DNA of 63,506 nt, filler included, from Octopus bimaculoides (lineage: Eukaryota): assembly GCF_001194135.2 (NCBI RefSeq). It is 6 parts of 5 records of this genome, joined end to end, with 100 filler letters (N's around TTAATTAATTAA, not from the genome) between each part and the next. Parts side by side here need not be neighbours in the genome. Positions count along the whole stretch, not along the records: positions 10,328 to 37,208 come from NC_068982.1; positions 37,309 to 44,757 come from NC_069007.1; 4 more parts are not named here. One strand, written 5' to 3'. Shown here piece after piece: positions 25,555 through 38,549 of this stretch; the first letter of the stretch is position 1, and every line of letters starts with the position of its first letter. Under the pieces are notes generated by a model. That model was not told where the DNA came from and made no database searches. It saw only the letters and a program-made list of their open reading frames with translations. The position numbers were made by a program, and so were the translations under genes.

Positions 25555-26330
25555 AATGGTGTTACTGCATTTAAGGAAACCTGTTTTTGCATTAGGGATT
25601 ATGTGTTCTCTTTGGCACCCCATTCTAATTAGGATGACTATTTACGTGGTTAATCCTGTTGGCGGTACGGTCATTCTGGTATGGTTATATATTACCGTTC
25701 TTAAAAAGAACTGACATAAGTCCGGATGTCGTCAGCCGTTCCTCAATCTTACAGATTTTATTGAAGATGGTTGTAAGAATGTCTATTGTGGTTTTTCTTC
25801 CGTATTCCAGCTGTTGGACACAGATCTTGTCGAGACTTCCCGATATTCGAACTTTTAAGGACCAAACTGCGATTTTATCTCGCAGGAACGGTCAGTCGTT
25901 GTTATTCGAAGTTTCCTATCGTATTCAACATGTTTCGGTCTCCACTACTCAGATAGTTTTAAACTTCTCAACACTACTGGACTTACCATTCTATCATTTC
26001 CTTTGATTATGGTACCTTATTTCCCTCTTTGTTTATAACGATATTTATTCTTGATTTCTTTCCTTTTGGTAGGTTCTTTTACGGATTTTATTAAGCAATG
26101 TTACTCAGAACGCTATCTTCAATATCCCGCCATTCTTCAGTTTAGCCCCTTTGTTTTGCTTCCGTTGTCTCCCTCTTAATTCCTGTCCTGATTCTTGATC
26201 GTCTAACTATTTGTTCTTTCTCCTGCTGTGGTTTTACTAGGTTTTTTTTTTTGGAGTTCAAAATATGAAATAGAAGCAGCGCTAGTGTAATAAACATTAC
26301 CAACCACAAATGCTTAACGTATACACTTCG
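25555..26330 (-). mobile_element. RTE-clade LINE internal fragment (linker plus RT N-terminus), decayed
   Basis: Minus peptide EIK.AVWSLK...GRKTTIDILTTIFNKICK...GNI*PYQNDRT resembles RTE EVEAAVRSLK..GETTIDILT.ICNKIWK...GNLQ.CQNYRTI. Confidence 0.7.
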
Positions 26331-26452
26331 TGTATTTGTCGGTAGGCTGTGACTTAACACTCGGTGCTTTGAGAGAGTATTCACCACACCACACGCAGCC
26401 TACTGGCGAATACTGGGAGTTTATACTTTAAGTAAATGTGGTCGATAAAGTT

Positions 26453-26523
<71 letters not shown>

Positions 26524-26905
26524 TTATTCTTTTTCTTGATTCAGTCATTTGACTGTGGGTATGCTGGAGTACCACTTTTATTCGAATAAATCGACCTCTG
26601 GACTTCTTTCTAAGCTAGCACTTATTCTACCAGTCTATTTTGCCGAAGTGCTAGATTACGGACACGTAAACACACCAGCATCGTTTGTCAAGCGATGTGG
26701 GTGGGGGACAAACACAGACAGATACAAATGCATACATATATATATACATACACGACGGGCTTCTTTCAGTCTCCCTCTACCAAATACACTCACAAAGCTT
26801 TGGTCGTCCCGAGGCTATGGCAGAAGACACTCGTCCAAGGTGCCACGCAGTGGGACTAAACCCGGGACCATGTGGTTGGGAAGCAAGCTTCTTACCACAC
26901 ATCCT
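26524..26905 (-). mobile_element. SINE family A copy
   Basis: Colinear with 4905-5298. Confidence 0.85.
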
Positions 26906-27017
26906 AGACTTTGTTTATGATTTATAGCCTTTATTAGCAACGGCTTTCCCTTGCTGTCTTTGTCATCATAGACTGAAATCATTGGTTGTAGTCTTAAGAG
27001 GAGGAACAAATTTTGCC

Positions 27018-27052
<35 letters not shown>

Positions 27053-27827
27053 TTTTTTGTGTGAATTACATTTTGCGAGGTCACCATAAAAGGATAAAGG
27101 TCCCTACTCCTGGTTATATTCCTGAATTCTATTTTCTCCAGTTTGTTCTGTCTCCACATAGAAATAGTCGAACATCGTTTTACTGGCCAGTTGGAGTGGC
27201 TTACCAGATTTAAGATCACGTTCCCGACCATCGAGTCAGTTCGAGAGAACATACCAGTGATATCAGCCATCAAATTTCTTACTTCTTCAACCACATAATC
27301 TGAAATTATCAATAAATTCTTCTCTACTAAAAGTACCGAATCCCACATCAATAATTGTTCCTGGTGGGCGTCGGTGTTTTTGTGTATTTATGTATATGCG
27401 TATATTTGTTATTACATTAATGTGCACGTATCGTTCGCATATATGTGCGTGTATTAGTATGTGTGTACATAAACATATACTTTAGTGGTATTTATAGCAA
27501 GAAATATAAACTGTTGATTGATGTGTGAATAAAAGTATGTCGTATACATGTTAGTTGTGTGTATGTATGCGTGTACATGTATATGTGTGTATGTAGAGTG
27601 GTAGCTAAATAAGTTTATATCTATTTAAGTATGCGTATACCTAGCATACATATATGTTTGCTTGTAAAAAGAAATAGGTATGTTTCTGTGAGTGTATTGT
27701 ATCCTGTGCATATGAACGTGCATGTTGACAGTGATTCTGTGTCTGCTTGAGGGTGTATATGTGCACACGTGTATGTAAGTATATGTGTATATTTAAGCAT
27801 GTATATATATATATCTTACATATAATA

Positions 27828-27876
<49 letters not shown>

Positions 27877-28810
27877 NNNNNNNNNNNNNNNNNNNNNNNN
27901 NNNNNNNNNNNNNNNNNNNNNNNNNNNNNNNNNNNNNNNNNNNNNNNNNNNNNNNNNNNNNNNNNNNNNNNNNNNNNNNNNNNNNNNNNNNNNNNNNNNN
28001 NNNNNNNNNNNNNNNNNNNNNNNNNNNNNNNNNNNNNNNNNNNNNNNNNNNNNNNNNNNNNNNNNNNNNNNNNNNNNNNNNNNNNNNNNNNNNNNNNNNN
28101 NNNNNNNNNNNNNNNNNNNNNNNNNNNNNNNNNNNNNNNNNNNNNNNNNNNNNNNNNNNNNNNNNNNNNNNNNNNNNNNNNNNNNNNNNNNNNNNNNNNN
28201 NNNNNNNNNNNNNNNNNNNNNNNNNNNNNNNNNNNNNNNNNNNNNNNNNNNNNNNNNNNNNNNNNNNNNNNNNNNNNNNNNNNNNNNNNNNNNNNNNNNN
28301 NNNNNNNNNNNNNNNNNNNNNATATATATATATAAGTATGATTACATATAGGTATAATTGCATGTGTGTATGTATATGTATATCTATCTATCTATCTAGC
28401 TATACATACATACATACATACATACATACATACATACATACATAATACTCACACATATAAACGTACACAAACGCACAACACATGCATATATATATGGGTT
28501 TGTATATTTAATACGTAAGAGTGTGTGTATATGAGTAAGCGTCTATGTATAAGTTTGTGCGTGTCTCAGTGTGTGTGCATGTGTATGAATAAGAGTGTGT
28601 ATGTGTGTGAGTGTGCGTATGCCTGTTAGGTATTTTTGTCACGAAACACAGTAAAATGTATGTATTAAGAGGTTTTGGTTTGTATATTTTTTTCTTCTAA
28701 TGCCGATGACGGCCAGAATGTGAACGTGTATGTAAATGTGAAGGTGTGAAGATCTATATACATGTATGTGGGTGTGTGATTTTGTGTGGGTGCGTGCATG
28801 AGTGTGTGAG

Positions 28811-28859
<49 letters not shown>

Positions 28860-29937
28860 TTGTGTTTGTGCACATTTTTATAGATTTTTTTCCATAAGTC
28901 TGCATGTATGTATTTGCATCCATGTATAGATATATATGTATATGTGTTTATAAGTACATAGAATTACTTAAACATATGATTATATATATGTGGGTGTACA
29001 TATATATATATATATGTAGACATATATATATATATTTATATATATACATGTAATCTATTATATATGTATACATACATAAACTTATATGTATATACATACC
29101 ACCATGCATATGTATATATATATATATGTATATATATATATGTATATATATATNNNNNNNNNNNNNNNNNNNNNNNNNNNNNNNNNNNNNNNNNNNNNNN
29201 NNNNNNNNNNNNNNNNNNNNNNNNNNNNNNNNNNNNNNNNNNNNNNNNNNNNNNNNNNNNNNNNNNNNNNNNNNNNNNNNNNNNNNNNNNNNNNNNNNNN
29301 NNNNNNNNNNNNNNNNNNNNNNNNNNNNNNNNNNNNNNNNNNNNNNNNNNNNNNNNNNNNNNNNNNNNNNNNNNNNNNNNNNNNNNNNNNNNNNNNNNNN
29401 NNNNNNNNNNNNNNNNNNNNNNNNNNNNNNNNNNNNNNNNNNNNNNNNNNNNNNNNNNNNNNNNNGTATATATATATATGTATATATATATATGTATATA
29501 TATATATGTGTGTCTGTGTGTATATAATATGTACGTTGGCATGTGTGTATTTCATGCAGGTATTATATTTGAATATGCATATATATATACATGTGTGTGT
29601 GTGTGTGTGTGTATGTGTGTGTGTGTGCGTGCGCGCATATAGATGTGCATATGAATTATTTTAATTTTATGTATGTAGTTATATATTTCCAATGGCATTT
29701 ATATGTATGTGTATGTTTCTACATGCTATTCGCCTCGTGCATGTTTGCATATGCGTGCTTCTAACTGTATATGGACATATATGTATGTCATAGGTAGTGT
29801 GGTGTCACGAAACAGACGAAACTGTGTGCAGGAATTGTATACACCAGTGTATATACATGATATGATTTTATTGTGTGAATCTGTTTTACTTATTATATAT
29901 GTCTGTATTATATGCATACATCCGTATATGCGTTAAC

Positions 29938-29973
<36 letters not shown>

Positions 29974-30821
29974 GCGCGAGATACATTTGTCACGAAATAC
30001 AACACAGTGGGTAGTACTATAAGTGTATATGTTTGTGTGGGCACATAGTGTGTGCGTGTGTATGTGTGTGTGTGTGTATGTATCTGTATGTGTATACATA
30101 TATCTATATATGTATGTTGTGTTATGGTCATGTGTGTGATTTCTGTCACGAAATACACCAGGGCGTGGGTACATACACACGCACTCACACACACTCCCAA
30201 ATGCATACATACATGCACACGCATGCGCACACACACGCACAGACACACACACACACACACTCACACACACACACACAAACTCACTCACATTTATATGCAG
30301 TCACAGATGTACACGCACGCGCACGCAAGCATGCATATAATGTGGAGAAAATATAACATAAACAAATACATATACATACACACACATGCATATATATATA
30401 TATATANNNNNNNNNNNNNNNNNNNNNNNNNNNNNNNNNNNNNNNNNNNNNNNNNNNNNNNNNNNNNNNNNNNNNNNNNNNNNNNNNNNNNNNNNNNNNN
30501 NNNNNNNNNNNNNNNNNNNNNNNNNNNNNNNNNNNNNNNNNNNNNNNNNNNNNNNNNNNNNNNNNNNNNNNNNNNNNNNNNNNNNNNNNNNNNNNNNNNN
30601 NNNNNNNNNNNNNNNNNNNNNNNNNNNNNNNNNNNNNNNNNNNNNNNNNNNNNNNNNNNNNNNNNNNNNNNNNNNNNNNNNNNNNNNNNNNNNNNNNNNN
30701 NNNNNNNNNNNNNNNNNNNNNNNNNNNNNNNNNNNNNNNNNNNNNNNNNNNNNNNNNNNNNNNNNNNNNNNNNNNNNNNNNNNNNNNNNNNNNNNNNNNN
30801 NNNNNNNNNNNNNNNNNNNNN

Positions 30822-30856
<35 letters not shown>

Positions 30857-31185
30857 TGTGTGTGTGTGTTAATTTGTATGTACATGTGTATATGTGTATG
30901 GATATATGTTTATGGATTAGCTGTGTAACGAAATACAATGAATCGAATGTGCTCGTTTTTTTATGTGTGAAAAAGTCAATGTACATGTTTGTGTGTGTAT
31001 GTGTGAATCTGCATGTGAGCTTATGTATGACCTTCTTTATGCGTCTTCATGTGCTTGTGCGTGCATATATGCATGACTATATATATATATGTATGTAAGT
31101 ATACATGATGTATGTATATATATATACACACACAGGCACACATACTCACGTCGCATTCATATATATATATATATATATATATGCA

Positions 31186-31242
<57 letters not shown>

Positions 31243-31406
31243 GCGTATATATATTTACACACACATATATTAACAAATGATAGATAAACATTCACATAAG
31301 CACACAGACATACATGTACACATTTACACATACATATACAAATATATACATATATTACTCATACATATAGATACATATATATGTATATATACATATACAT
31401 ACATAC

Positions 31407-31462
<56 letters not shown>

Positions 31463-32214
31463 ATGTATGTATGCATGTATGTATGTATGTATGTATACAC
31501 ATATAACTGATATGATATGGGGGTCATCGTTGTAGACATATCACGCAACTCGAGAATCAGTTAGGAAGGTTAGCCCAGCGATTAAAAAACATCGGCTGTA
31601 AACGTTTGCATGATGGTTGTGGTAGATGTTGAAGTAGATGGTTGGATGGTAGAGAGGCGAGAGGGTTTCGGATTAAGTATTGATCTTGTGGTGGTGGTGG
31701 TGGTGGTGGTGGTGGTGGTAGTGGTTGTTGTTGTCATTGTCGTCGTTGCTGTTGTTATTATTTTTTTTTTGACTTTTTCTCTTGCTTTCCGAATCAATTT
31801 CTTCAGTTCTTTTCTCTGTTTCTAGAACAGACCATTGATAAGAATTTGAAGCTATCATGAGCTAAGGTGTGGTTGTAAATATACATTCACACATATTCGT
31901 ATGTACACACACACACACATATACACACATATATACACACACGCATCTATATGTACGCATATTTGTGTGTGTGTGTATATATATATAAATAGAGAGAGAG
32001 AGAGAGAGAGAGCATATTAAGTGTATTTATATGTATATTTATATATATATATATGTGTTTTATGTATAACAATACAGGAAATTGGAACGTTTTTGAGTAT
32101 TATTTATTCGTCATTACACGTTTTTCTTTTGTTAATAGGAGTCACAAAGTTATATATATATTAGGCGTGTAAGGAAATTCCAATTTCCAGTTACAAATTC
32201 TTTAGTCGCATATA

Positions 32215-32305
<91 letters not shown>

Positions 32306-32306
<1 letters not shown>

Positions 32307-33897
32307 AGTATCTCACAGAAGTATGTACACCTTTAAAAAATTTCAGTATAATCGCCATTTCTCTGATAATATTGAAAGAAATCAAACGAAAATTATACTG
32401 ACTAAAATGTTTTACACCTGCAAACATTATACAAATTTGGAACGAAAGATATGAACGAAATATCAATTTTCAAACGATACAAAAGTATGTACACCCTAAA
32501 GGATTATTTGCTATATTCAATATTTGGTGTGACCACCCCTGCTTTCAATGACTGCATTAAGTCTTCTGGGCATAGAGTCGACTAAATTTCCGCATATAAC
32601 CGATGAAATCGGCCTCCATTCATCCTGAATGATGTCTTTCAACTGTGTTACATCGTGGGTCTTTTCTCCTCAACCTTGCCTTTCTGAACACCCCACAGAT
32701 GTTTTATTGGGTTTAGATCAGGTGACATGGTAGTCCAAGGGAATATCTTTACGTTTTATCTGATAAAAACTTAGTCATCTTTGAAGTGTGTTTAGGGTCA
32801 TTATCATGTTGAAGCGTGGAATGTCTTCTTAGTTCCTTAATGTTTTTCAACATTGTTTTCTGCAATATGTCACAATAAAGCCTTGAATCCATTGCTCTCT
32901 CAATAAATGCGAGTCCTCCCACACCAGCTGTACTCATGCACCCCCAAAGTATAACACTTCCACCGCCGTGTTTTGCAGTAGGCACAGTGCATTTGTCGCT
33001 ATTAGTTTCATCTGGTCGTCGCTATATTCGTTTAATACCATCTGACCCAAACAAGTTGATTTTAGTCTCATCAGAACAAAGAATTTTATCCCAAAACTCC
33101 TTCTTCTTACTCACGTAGGTTTCGACAAAACAAAGACGACTTGGTTTATGCCTCGTAGTGAGGAGAGTCTTCTTACCAGGAATGCATCCATGGAGACCAC
33201 ACTGGTTCAAACTTCGACGAACTGTTTGGACGGATACACTCTTTCCATTAACAGAAGACACTTCTTGAGCCAAAGGTGAACCGGTACGACGCCTGTCTTC
33301 CATCACGCAACGTTGGAAGGACGATCTGGACGATGTTTATTGCTTAGCCGTTCAGTAGCTTTGTACTTCTGAATTACTTGGTAACTGTATTTACGCTAAT
33401 ATGTATTCGTTTGCTAATTAATTTGTACCTTAAACCATTCTTGTGCAAATTAAAAATAATTTTCTTAAAATCGTAAGACAATTCTATTCCTTTTGGTGCC
33501 ATTTTAATCATAATAAAGATTTTCACCACGGTACAAAGATCAGAATTCCTGCAGATGCAATAACAATGACCAGTGCAAAAATGCGAGGAGAAATAATTTA
33601 TTAGAATTGAAATTATCAACAATATCTGAATTTAGTAAAAAAAAAAAGAAAAAGTGGATAGAATATTAGATATAGCAAATTTCCTTTAAGCTGTATATAT
33701 TTTGGTAATGTTTGAACTTTAATATTTCGTTCATATCTTTAAAAATGTTTATTGTTTTGTGTTCCAAATTTGTATAATGTTTGCATGTATAATATATTTT
33801 ATTCAATATAAATTTCATTTGATTTCCTTCGATAATATCAGCCTAATGGCAATTTTACTGAAATATTTTAGGGGTGTACATACTTCTGTGAGATACT

Positions 33898-33898
<1 letters not shown>
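32306..33898 (-). mobile_element. Full-length Tc1 (DD34E-type) transposon with long IR/DR termini, transposase pseudogenised
   Basis: Perfect 26-bp outer TIR cagtatctcacagaagtatgtacacc (32306-32331 / 33873-33898) inside roughly 190-bp imperfect IRs; TA on both sides; broken transposase 33502->32517: MAPKGIELS, ILCSDETKINLFGSDG, KHGGGSV, QHDNDPKH, SPDLNPIKHLW (E replaced by K). Confidence 0.95.
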
Positions 33899-33946
<48 letters not shown>

Positions 33947-34004
33947 CACAAACACGCACACACACACACACACACATACACACACCCACACCCACCCACA
34001 CACA

Positions 34005-34036
<32 letters not shown>

Positions 34037-34145
34037 GGAACAATTACAAGGTAGCCAGATGTCACATAAGTGTCCTAGGAATTAGTGATCACACTTGCGT
34101 AGGAGTTAATTCCGGGGAGAAGCGAGACGCGTTTGGAGAACATAA

Positions 34146-34398
34146 GAATAAAAGAAAATGGAGACAACCGCTCAAGATGTTATTTAACTCATTTATATCC
34201 CCACATTATCGACATATGTTTCGATAGATGCATCAAAATATATTCGAGAGGATGAATAATGTGGAGCAATGCATCAATCTCATCGGGGAGGTTATAAACA
34301 ACAGTGTGCATCAATAAGTCATTTGAACAGATTTCGGTGATATTGTGATATAAATGATTTAAATAACACCTTGTGCGTTTGTCTCCATTTTCCATTAT

Positions 34399-34400
<2 letters not shown>
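34146..34400. mobile_element. MITE-like foldback element
   Basis: About 75-90 bp imperfect TIRs gaataaaagaaaatggagacaaccgctcaagatgttattt / aaataacaccttgtgcgtttgtctccattttccattattc; no ORF. Confidence 0.75.
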
Positions 34401-34492
<92 letters not shown>

Positions 34493-34689
34493 TACACACA
34501 CACACACACACGCACACACACGCACACACACACACACACACACACATATGCATACACATATATGCATATATTTCATGCTACGTGGTGCACGGTATCAGAA
34601 TTGTTTTGACGTGAAACAAGTATAGCATGGTACCCCAAATGGTTGGTAGAATATCCGTGTAAGTTGAGTCAAGACCGGTTAGTTTGTAT

Positions 34690-35885
34690 TGGCATGGATC
34701 GTATTCTTTGTAATAGTGAAGTTAAAATTTCAAAGTTTGATGGGGGAATATGATGGGGTGGAGTTATGTATACTTTTAGGAACTTATATTTTGCATAACC
34801 AGCATCTAGAATTTCCTTTTATAGATGCAGGATTATACAGGGATGACGGCCTTATAGTCACCTATAATTTAAATGGCCATGAGTTGGATAAACTTAGGAA
34901 GAATCTGATTACTTTCTTCCAAAGAATGGGTTTACGGATTACGATAGAAAGTAACCTTAATAACGTAGATTTTTTAGATATCAACTTAGATTTGCAATTA
35001 GTTAAGTTAAAACCCTATCGCAAGTCCAATGCAAAGCTATGTTATATTAGCAAAGAATCAAATCATCTACCCGTAATTCTTAAGAACCTAATTAGTAATA
35101 TAGGAAGGCGCATATTATCAATATCTTCAAATGAGACAGCATTTCAAAATGCCGCGCCGTATTATAATAATGCATTAAAGAAAAACGGGATCTTGGAGAA
35201 AATTCAGTATAGTCAAACTTATTCTAACAATAATAGACAACGTACAACTAGGAGTAGGAATGTTTTGTGGTTAAACCGGCATTTAATATTGCCTTAAAAA
35301 CTAATACAGGTAGGGAATTCTTAAAATTAGTTTCTAAACATTTTCAATCTAGCCTTAAGTTCTATAGAATTTTTGATAGGAGAACACTGAAGATTAGCTA
35401 TTCTTGTTGCAAACATTTCGCCTCTGTGTTAATCAACATAACACAAAAATTATTACAACCACAGTGCCGAATCTAATCTGAGGAACTGCAACTTCAAAGA
35501 TAAGACTTGCTGTCCATTAGAAGGTAAATGTCTTGAAAAAGGAATTATTTACAGAGCTAAAGTGCAAATAGATGACTCACAAGAATATAAAACTTACACA
35601 GGGGCTTCGGAAAATTCATTCAAGACTCTATTTTATTCCCTCCGAGAATAGGACAGCAACAAGTCTTGCAAGACATGTATGGCAATTGAAAGAGAATGAC
35701 ACTCGTCCTTTCAGTATCAGCTGGACAATTTTGGAAAAAGCACCATCATACTAACATGGAGCTTATGAAATGTGAACTTTGCCTCTCAAAAACATTCTTC
35801 ATCCGGTTCCAGGATAAATATGCATTGAGCCAGAGACACGAGCTCTTAAATTCCTGTCAGACATGCTGTGAGAGTTAAAATGTCA
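34690..35885 (+). mobile_element. Penelope-like element of Neptune/Nematis-type, 5'-truncated
   Basis: GEYDGVELC, GLYRDDG, FLDINLDL, KPYRK, W..PAFN..LKTNTG..FL, KISYSC, CPLEGKCL.KGIIY...YTG, CELCLSK..LSQRHEL. Confidence 0.88.
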
Positions 35886-35965
35886 ACCGAAAAAATACCG
35901 TATGGGTAAAATTTTTGACTTTCGCATTTTAACTTTTTGACTTTCACACACACACACACACACAC

Positions 35966-36012
<47 letters not shown>

Positions 36013-36044
36013 CACACATTACATATATACATATTTATATGAGC

Positions 36045-36637
36045 ATTTATAGAGGCATAGAAGATTGGAAGAAAGCTTGAAAGACTGAAACAGTGCAGTG
36101 GATAAGCTACAGAGACAGGCTTAGAAAACTACAACTGTACTCCCTGGAGCGAAGGTGTGAAAGATATGCAACAGTCTGCATATGGAAAATTCTAGATGAG
36201 CTAGTACCTAATTTCGGTATTGAGTGTTATACAAATGCTAGAACTGTCCACTATTGTAATGTACCGAAAATACCATCCACTGCATATAAATTCAGAACCA
36301 GGTACTACAATACTCTAGGGATCAAAGGCCCACAGCCCTTCAATGCCCAACCACAAAAATTAAGAAGTATGCAGAAGGTGAACACAGGTGTCTTCAAAAA
36401 GGATCTAGACATCTTCCTCTCCACAATACTGGATGGACCAACAGTCCGACATGAGGTGCAGACAAGAGCAGCGAAATCAAACTCCTTTATATACCAAATA
36501 AGCCAACAGCTGGGACAAAGATACATACAAGAATGGTGATGTGAAACACCGCAGACTGAGGAAATCGGAAAGACTACGGTGGTGCTCCAGCATGACCGCA
36601 GCCGCATGGCTGAAACGAGTAAAAGAATAAAAGAATA
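36045..36637 (+). mobile_element. CR1/L2-group LINE 3' end with 3' UTR
   Basis: ISYRDRLRKLQLYSLERRCERY..IWKILDELVPNFG...GPQPFNAQP...FKKDLDIFL...RAAKSNS; stop 36537-36539; tail ggtgctccagcatg...gaaacgagtaaaagaataaaagaata. Confidence 0.88.
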
Positions 36638-36718
36638 TATATATTAATAATGATAATTTATTAATATATATTAATAATGATAATTTATTAATATATATTA
36701 ATAATGATAATTTATTAA
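36636..36718. repeat. 27-bp tandem repeat, three copies
   Basis: Unit atatatattaataatgataatttatta. Confidence 0.85.
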
Positions 36719-36966
36719 GTAACCAGAAGATGGATTTAATATTAATCTTTATTTTGTACAACGGTCGTTTCGACCCAACCTGCTATTGCCCGTTATGGGT
36801 GGTACTCCGTTCAACATGTGCTGCATCCATTTTGTGGTCTGGGTCTTATCATGCACATCCATATTCTGAACGGAGTTCCACCCATAAGAGACAGTAGCAG
36901 GATGAGTCTAAACGACCGTTGTACAAAATAAAGATTAATACCTCATCCATCTTCTGGTTACTTAAT
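36714..36966. mobile_element. Foldback/MITE-like element with about 100-bp inverted arms
   Basis: 36714-36813 is the near reverse complement of 36867-36966; 53-nt spacer. Confidence 0.85.
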
Positions 36967-37208
36967 CAATAAACATTATCTCTACAAACGCTGCGGAATT
37001 CTTGATGTAGATCCAGTGGAAATATACCCCGACTGCGGATAACACCAGGTAGCCCAAACTGTGTTAGTGCTCTACACAAAACTTCAACATACTAATCAAC
37101 ATTTACCAATTAATCCAGAATATTGAATATATATGCGCGCGCTTGTGTGTATTTATACAAATATATGTATATATATATATAGATATACGTATTATATATG
37201 TATATATA

Positions 37209-37308
37209 NNNNNNNNNNNNNNNNNNNNNNNNNNNNNNNNNNNNNNNNNNNNTTAATTAATTAANNNNNNNNNNNNNNNNNNNNNNNNNNNNNNNNNNNN
37301 NNNNNNNN
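37209..37308. other. Artificial scaffold-joining spacer
   Basis: N44-TTAATTAATTAA(37253-37264)-N44. Confidence 0.95.
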
Positions 37309-38380
37309 AATAAACCAGTAAAAATAACAAGACTGGTTTATTTTGTCTTCGTCTTCGCTCCTTGTACTATGTGGACATTTATTGTGGTTTTAGAGTCAGA
37401 ATTTTGACTGCTATTTTTCAGCGTGGCGGTATCTCTTAGATACCCTGTATTATAATTATAAATAATTTTTATATATATATATATATACACATACATACAT
37501 ACATACACATATTCACGCACATTTATACAGCTCTCAGCTGTATTTTTCGTGCTTCAGTGGTTCAGTAAAATTTTGTTTTTTCCTTGCCTTTTCTCTATTT
37601 TGCTAGTCACACATCTTCCTGCCATAAATTCTTGTAAAAAAAACATCCTTTGTTTACACCATGTCTTTATTTTCCGTTTTCACAATGTAACGCAGCATTT
37701 TTATAGTTGTCTTTTATTTTTATTCTTTGTCACCAAGTGGTTTGAATTGCATATCTGAAGAATTTGTTTTAAATATCAATTAAATTTTTTTTTTCTAAAT
37801 TTCTGTTTTGTCTTGTACTATAATCCTTAGTATTTTTTTTATTTAGAAAAACTTCTGTAATTTTAATTTCCTGTGTTTTTTTTTAGCTTCTGGTCACTCA
37901 AGATTCAGTAAAATAACCTTTGGATCAAAAGGATTCCACTATAGCTATCATATTTATGTGTATGTGTGTGTTTCGGGCATAATGTGACCTGGAGTACCAC
38001 CTACATTGCATTGTCTTTTATCTAAACATTGTTGGATGTGTTTTGTGTAGATTTGGCTGCTATTTTCAGCAACTTGAGTGATCATATACAAGCTCTTTTG
38101 TTGGCCCCACTGTTACATTACAAATTGTTGTTGTTTAAGCCCTTGTTAAACAACAACAAGAATTTTTGTATTTGAGGGAAATTTGACTTCTGTATCTCTC
38201 GGGTTCAGTAACCATGCTGAAAAACTCTGTCATTGGCTCATCCATGCTTTGTGTTGGGGCCAGTGGATCCCACATCATGAAATGATCCCTCATTGATGAA
38301 CAGAGATTTGGTGTTCAAGGTCGGCCCAATCCACACAAGCACTGATAATTATGATGGTGGCGGCGGTGGCTCTTGTTATA

Positions 38381-38535
38381 AGCCCAGTGAGATGGCAGAA
38401 TTGTTTCTGTCCTGGCCAAAATGCTTAGCAGCATTTCATCTGCGTTTAACGTTCTGAGTTCAAATGCCACCAAGGTTAACTTTGCCTCTCAAGGTTGATA
38501 AATAAGTAACAGTCAAACACTGGGGTCGCAGTTAT
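38381..38535 (+). mobile_element. SINE family C copy
   Basis: gagatggcagaattgtt...gttctgagttcaaatgccaccaaggttaactttgcc...gataaataagtaacag. Confidence 0.7.
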
Positions 38536-38549
38536 CATTATGCTAGTGT

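Noticed and set aside
31582-31797. Thr-rich mucin-like ORF
   Set aside because: Built on (ACC)n/(AAC)n repeats with no convincing splice sites.
36890-36930. GAAAC/UAAAC-GACC-GUU in foldback arms as a hammerhead
   Set aside because: No CUGANGA core or stem I could be assigned.
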